Shown here: in pieces, positions 58,701-64,000 of the stretch
Layout: every line of letters starts with the position of its first letter
Position numbering within the stretch: the first letter of the stretch is position 1
Assembly (NCBI GenBank): GCA_963805975.1
Contig: CAWDVR010000005.1
Span: 192,001-256,000, forward strand
Length of the DNA stretch: 64,000 nucleotides
Source of the DNA: an uncultured Acidobacteriota bacterium
Lineage (GTDB): Bacteria; Acidobacteriota; Thermoanaerobaculia; Multivoradales; SZUA-115
Reading direction: 5' to 3'
Program-made: the position numbers and the translations under genes
Notes under the pieces: generated by a model
The model's input: the letters and a program-made list of their open reading frames with translations, nothing else
Databases searched by the model: none
Told to the model about the DNA's origin: nothing

Positions 58701-61700
58701 GCGCGCGGCCGGTCGGTGGGCAGGTCCAGGGCCGGCGAGCCGGCGAGGGCCTGCCGCCAGTCTTCGAGCTCACCGGCGAGCTCTCCCGAGGCCAAGCGCC
58801 GTCGCTGCCAGCGGGCGTAATCGCCGTACTGCAAGGCCAGCTCGGGGAGCTGGGCCTCGCGGCCCGTGACGCGCGCGTCGTAGAGCGCCGCCAGCTCGCG
58901 CACCAGGATGCTGCGCGACCAGGCGTCGGACACCGCGTGGTGGAGGGTCAGGAGCAGCAGATGCTCGCCGGGAGCGAGGCGCAGCAGCCGGCCGCGCCAG
59001 AGCGGCGCGCGCGAGAGGTCGAAGGGCCGCGCCGCCTCGCTCTCGGCCAGGCGGCGGGCGAGGGGCGCCGGTTCTCCAGCGGGGTCGAGGGCCGCGACAG
59101 CGGAGAGGTCCACCACCGGCAGCCGCACGGGGAGCACGGGGGCGACCTCCTGCATGGGCTCGCCCCCGGCCTCGCGGAAGGAGGCGCGCAGCACCTCGTG
59201 GCGGTCCACCACACCGGCGAGCGCCGCGGTCAGGGCGTCGTCGTCGAGCGGGCCCGAGAGCCGCGCGTGGTAGGGCAGGTTGTAGGCCGCGTCGCGTGGG
59301 TCGAGCCGGGAGAGGAACCACAGGCGCTCCTGGGAGAACGAAAGCGGCGCGGCGGCGCCCCTCACCCCGTCCCTCTCCCCGCTGGCGCGGGGCGAGGGCG
59401 CCCCCACCCAGCCGGGATCTCCCGTCCGATCCCCTCGCCCCGCTTGCGGGGAGAGGGCTAGGGTGAGGGGTCCCGGGCGCGCGGCCCCGGCGCGGGCCCG
59501 CGCTTCCTCCACCGCCGCCGCCAGACCGGCCAACGTCGGGCGCTCGAACACGGCCGAGAGCGGCAGCTCGATGTCGAAGGCGGCGCGGACTCGCGAGGCG
59601 AGCCGGGTGGCGAGGAGCGAGTGGCCGCCCAGGGCGAAGAAGTCATCCTCGCGACCGACGCGCTTCCCGCCCAGCAGCTCGGCCCAGATCGCGGCGAGCG
59701 CTTCCTCCACCGGCGTGCGCGGCGGCTCGGAGCCGCCGGCACCGCTCTCGGCCCCCCAGTCGGGCGCCGGCAGGGCGCGGCGGTCCACCTTGCCGTTGGG
59801 GTTGAGCGGCAAGGCCGGCAGCACCACGAAGACGGCCGGCACCATATAGACCGGCAGCCGCTCGCCGAGCGCACGCCGCAGCTCGTGCACGAAGCTTGCG
59901 CCGGGGACAGCCTCGGCCGGCACCACGTAGGCAGCGAGCGCGCGCCCACCGGGTGCGTCCTCGCGCAGGGTGACGGCCGCGGCGCGCACCGCGGGCAGGG
60001 CGGCGAGCGCGGCCTCGATCTCCGGCAGCTCGATACGGAAGCCGCGCAGTTTGACCTGGAGGTCGATGCGCCCCAGGAACTCGATCTCGCCGCCGGGCAG
60101 GCGCCGCACGCGGTCGCCCGAGCGGTAGAGCCGGCCGCCCCCCGTCACAACGGACTCGGCGGCGAAGGGGTCGGGCAGGAAGCGCTCGGCCGTGGCCGCC
60201 GGCCGCCCGAGATAGCCGCGCGCCACCGAGGCGCCGGCGATCAGCAGCTCACCCGGCGTGCCGAGGCCCACCGGCCGGAGCGCGCGGTCGACGACGTGTA
60301 CTTGGACGTTGGCGAGCGGCCGGCCGAGAGGTACGACGCCCGAGCCGATCAAAGTGGGCTCGGACCGGCCGGCGAGCACGCCGACCGTGGTCTCGGTGGG
60401 GCCGTAGTGGTTGAAGACCTCGCAGCCCGGCGCGCGGCGCGCCAGCTCCTCGGCGAAGCCACGCTCCAGGGCCTCGCCGCCCAGCACCAGGAGACGCCGC
60501 GGCAGCAGGCGCTCCGCGCCGGGCGCTGCGACGAGCGCCGCGAGGTGCGAGGGCACGATCTTGAGCACGTCCGCCGGATGGCGGGAGAAGAGCTCGGCCA
60601 GGGCGTCGCCGTCCGCCAGGCGCTCCTCGCTCACCACGTGCAGGCAGCCGCCGAGCGCCAGCGCGGGGAAGACCACGGTGTGGCCGAGGTCCGCGGCGAA
60701 GGTGGAGACGGTGGCGAAGACCAGGCCGCGCGCGTCGTCCGGCAGGCCCAGGCGGAGGGTCGCGCCGGCCACGTAGGTCGCGAGCTGGCGGTGCTCGACG
60801 GCGACGCCCTTGGGCAGGCCGGTCGAGCCCGAGGTGAAGAGCACGTAGGCCAAGTCCTCGGGTCGCGGGGCGGCGCTCGCACCAGGCGCCCCTCCGTCCC
60901 GCGGCCACTCTTCCTCCAGGCAGAGCGCGCGACCGGCGAGCGCCGCGGGCTCGCTTTCGCCGAGGCGGCCAGCCAGCCGGCGGCTCGAAACCAGCACCGG
61001 GCTGGCGCTCTCTTCGAGCAGCGTTGCGAGGCGCCGCGCCGGCAGGCCGGGGTCGAGCGGCAGGTAGGCGCCGCCGGCCTTCCAGGCCGCGAGCAGCGCC
61101 ACGATGAAGCTCGGTCCCCGTTCGAGGAGCAGCGCCACCGGAACCTCCGGCCCCACGCCCAGCTCGGTGAGCCGGCCGGCCAGGCCCTCGGCCGCGGCGT
61201 CGAGCTCGCCGTAGGAGAGCACCTGCTCCTCGAAGCGCAGGGCCGGTGCCTCCGGGTGGCGCCGTGCGCGCTCCTCGAACTGCGCCAGCACCATCGTGGC
61301 CGTGGCCGGTCGCGCGAAGTCGTTGGCCTCGGTGAGGAGCTGCTGGCGCTCGGCCGCGGTGAAGAGCGGCAGCTCCGCCAGCGGCCGTCCGTCACCCTCG
61401 GCCGCCGCGGCCAGCAGCGCTTCGAAGTGCCGCGCCAAGCGCCGCACGGTGGCGGCGTGGAAGAGGTCCCGCGACGCCACCCAGGTGAGGCCGAGCGCGC
61501 CGCCGCCCGCCTCGGTCACGTAGAGCGTGAGGTCCACCTTGGCCGTCTCGCCCTCGACCTGGAGCGGCGTCACCTCGAGGTCCGGCAGCGAGAGCGAGGG
61601 CAGCGGCGCGTTCTGGAAGACCAGCATCACCTGGAAGAGCGGCGTGCGGCCGAGGCTGCGCTCGGGCGCGAGCGCCTCGACCAGCCGCTCGAAGGGCACG

Positions 61701-64000
61701 CTCTGGTGGGCGTGGGCGCCGAGCGTCGCCTCGCGCGCCTGGGTGGTGAGCTCGCCCAGCGCCTGGCCGGGGCGCGGCCGCAGGCGGAGCACCAGGGTGT
61801 TGACGAAGAGCCCGACCAGGCCCTCCGTCTCCAGCCGGTCGCGTCCGGCGACCGGCGTGCCGATCGCCAGGTCGCCCTCGCCCGTAGAGCGGTGGAGGAG
61901 CGCGGCGAAGGCCGCGAGCATGCTCATGAACAGCGTCGCGCCGCCGGCGCGCGCCTGCCGTTCGAGGTCGTGGCGCAGGCCGGCCGGCAACTGGCTGGCG
62001 ACCGCGAGCCCGCGATGGCTGGCGACCGGCGGCCGTGGCCGGTCGGCCGGCAGGTCGAGGGCCGGGGGCAGGCCCGCCAGGCGCTCCCGCCACCAGGCGA
62101 GGTCGGCCTCGAGCTGGGCGCCCGCCAGCCATCGCCGCTGCCAGGCGGCGAAGTCGCCGTAGCGGATGGGAAGCTCGGGAAGGGGGTCCGCCGCCTCGAT
62201 GCCTCGAGGCTCGGCGCCACCTGGAATGGCGTCTTCCCTCCGGACGTAGCGGCCGGGCCCCGTACCGGCCGTGCTCGCCGCGCCGTACAGCGCCCCCACG
62301 TCGCGCACCAGGACGCCCATGGACCAGCCGTCGCAGGCGATGTGGTGCGCGGTGAGGAGCAGCACGTGCTCGGCCTTCTCGCGGCGCACCAGCCGGGCGC
62401 GCAGCAGCGGGCCGCGGGCGAGGTCGAAGGGCCGCGCCGCCTCCCGCCGGGCGAGCCGCACGGTCTCCGCGCCGCGGTCGTCGGCGCCGAGCGGCGAGAG
62501 ATCGATCACCGGGAGGTCCGGAGCTGGTGGTGGCTGCACCACGGCCACGGGCTCGCCGTCTACGGCGCGGAACACGGTGCGGAGCGCGTCGTGGCGCTCG
62601 ACAGCCCCGGCGAGCGCGGTGGCGAGGGCCCGGGGCGCGAGCGATCCCGCGAGCCGCACCGCCGCCGGCACGTTGTAAGAGGTATCACCGGGGTGGAGCT
62701 GGTCCAGGAACCAGAGCCTTTCCTGCGCGAAAGACAGCGGCAGCGACTCTTCGTGCGGCGCACGCTCGATCGGCGGCAGATGCTGGCCGCCCGTATTGAG
62801 GCCGGCTTCGACCGCGGCGGCGAGGCCGGCCACCGTGGGGCGCTCGAACACCGCGGCGAGCGGCAGCTCCACGCCGAAGGCCTGGCGCAGGCGGGAGACC
62901 AGCCGCGCGGCGAGCAGCGAGTGGCCGCCGAGCTCGAAGAAATGGGCCTCGGCGCTCACCTCGGGACGGCCCAGGAGGTCGGCGAAGAGCCCGGCCACCA
63001 GCTCCTCGGCCGGCGTGCGTGGCGCGCGCTCCCCGGCGGCGCCGTCGGTTTCCGGCCGCGGCAGGGCCTTTCGGTCCAGCTTGCCGTTGGGGGTCCGCGG
63101 CAGGGCGTCGAGCCGCAGGAAGAAGGCCGGCACCATGTAGGCCGGCAGCAGCACGGCGAGGTGGTCGCGGAGGACGCCTGCGTGGAGAGTGGGGCCTTCG
63201 GCCGAGGGTGACCAGTACGCCACGAGCGCCGGCCCGCCGGGCAGATCCTGGCGCAGGGCGACGGCTGCCTCGCGCACCGCCGCGTGCTCGGCGAGGCGGG
63301 CCTCGATCTCGGGGAGCTCGATGCGGAAGCCGCGCAGCTTGACCTGGAAGTCGATCCGGCCCAGGAAGTCGAGACGGCCGTCGGGCAGCCGGCGCACCAG
63401 GTCGCCGGTGGCGTAGAGGCGCGCGCCCGGCGCCGCGGCGAGCGGGTGGGGCACGAAGCGCTCGGCGGTCAGGCCCGGGCGGCCGAGGTAGCCGCGCGCC
63501 AGGCCCACGCCGCCCAGGAAGAGCTGGCCCGGCACGCCGGTGGGCGAAGGCCGGCCGTCGCGGCCCAGCACCAGGCCCTCGCTCCCCGGCAGCGAGCGGC
63601 CGATGGTCACGCGCCGCTCGCCGCGTTCGACGCGGTCGCCGGTCGAGTAGGTGGTGTCCTCGGTCGGGCCGTAGAGGTTGAGCAGGCGGCGCACCTGGGG
63701 ATGGCGGTGGATCTCGGCCGCCAGCTCCGGCCGCAATGGCTCGCCGGCCAGGCACACGGTGGTGAGCGTGTCGGGCAGCGCGCCCTCGGCGAGGCTCGCC
63801 ATGGCGGAGGGCACGGTGTTGAGCAGGGTGACGGCCGCGGCCTCGTCGAGGCCCGGCAGGGCGAGGGCGTCCGCCGCCAGGACGATGCGCCCGCCGTGGG
63901 AGAGCGGCGCGAAGAGCTCGAAGACCGAGAGGTCGAAGTTGATCGACGTGGTAGCGGCGAGGCCGCCGAGCTCGGCGGTGGAGAGGTCGGCCCCTGCCCA
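49441..64000 (-). CDS. Multimodular NRPS, 5'-truncated by the window edge: (A)-T-[C-A-T]x4, ending in a T domain with an acidic docking-like tail; one apparent +1 frameshift near 54071
   Basis: ORFs 53363..63814 and 49441..54180 join into one NRPS. Repeated core motifs [10 protein letters not shown], HHxxxDGWS (one HHAVSDAWS), YxxxTSGSTGxPKG, NxYGP(T/S)E, YRTGD and GGHSL. The frame stays open up to 64000 (WAGADLSTAELGGLAATTSINFDLSVF...). TGA at 49441-49443. Confidence 0.93.
54082..54160. repeat. Family B palindrome before the A3 motif of M4
   Basis: TCCTTCGCTGCGCTCAGGATGACA-spacer-TGTCATCCTGAGCGCAGCGAAGGA. Encodes QILRCAQDDKHPRCHPERSEG. Confidence 0.92.
55721..55893. repeat. Family A REP doublet inside the C domain of M4
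   Basis: Same arms, 173 bp, read in an alternative frame (LHPNPLPASGARGPE...PLAPRQRGEGRGEG). Confidence 0.9.
56160..59350 (-). other. Module M3 C-A-T, Ala-like (variant code)
   Basis: Code DLFNNGLTY(K). The A domain is near-identical to that of M4. Confidence 0.55.
57490..57568. repeat. Family B palindrome before the A3 motif of M3
   Basis: Near-identical to the 54082 copy. Encodes QILRCAQDDEHPRCHPERSEG. Confidence 0.92.
59358..59470. repeat. Family A REP doublet in the T-C linker between M2 and M3
   Basis: Same arms, 113 bp. Encodes PLTLALSPQAGRGD...APSPRASGERDGVRG. Confidence 0.92.
59500..62745 (-). other. Module M2 C-A-T, predicted Asp
   Basis: ADLGHT/LKIVP/LVLGGE/NHYGPTETTVG = DLTKVGHVG(K), Asp signature. 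Confidence 0.75.
62246..62271 (+). repeat. GTAG-type REP-like hairpin inside the C domain of M2
   Basis: GTAG-CGGCCGG-GCCCCGTA-CCGGCCG, within a ~25-aa insertion relative to the other C domains. Confidence 0.6.
62800..64000 (-). other. Module M1 (partial A-T), predicted Ala
   Basis: Code read by eye from FDLSVF/LNTVP/VCLAGE/NLYGPTEDTTY = DLFNCALTY(K), close to the Ala signature DLFNNALTYK. Confidence 0.7.

Overview
The whole window (very GC-rich) lies inside one giant minus-strand NRPS/PKS biosynthetic cluster that runs off both edges. In transcription order (64000 toward 1) there are four genes. (1) The 3' part of an NRPS with five modules, ending at 49441. (2) A hybrid NRPS-PKS, C-A-T-E-C-A-T-KS-AT-ACP-C (49438-36732). 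(3) A SyrP/TauD-like Fe(II)/2-oxoglutarate dioxygenase (36732-35672). (4) An NRPS of more than 35 kb that starts with an interface-like (I) domain and has at least 11 modules (35508 to beyond 1). Specificity codes read by eye suggest ...Ala-Asp-Ala*-Ala-X-D-aromatic-X-[malonyl ketide]-(beta-OH)Asn-Ser-X-Ser-Gly-X-Dab-Ala-Ala-Asp-aliphatic... No TE, starter or MbtH gene is in the window. Single-base frameshifts break the genes; they are dense below ~13.4 kb and are probably read or assembly errors. The most striking feature is that the NRPS coding sequence is colonised by about 15 REP/REPIN-like palindromic elements or their remnants, from two multi-copy families plus two single-copy types. They are inserted in frame into probable loop and linker regions of A and C domains. 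They show frame-constrained lengths, uniform orientation, compensatory base changes and partial-excision scars. Two different hairpins occupy the identical site in twin Ser-activating domains.
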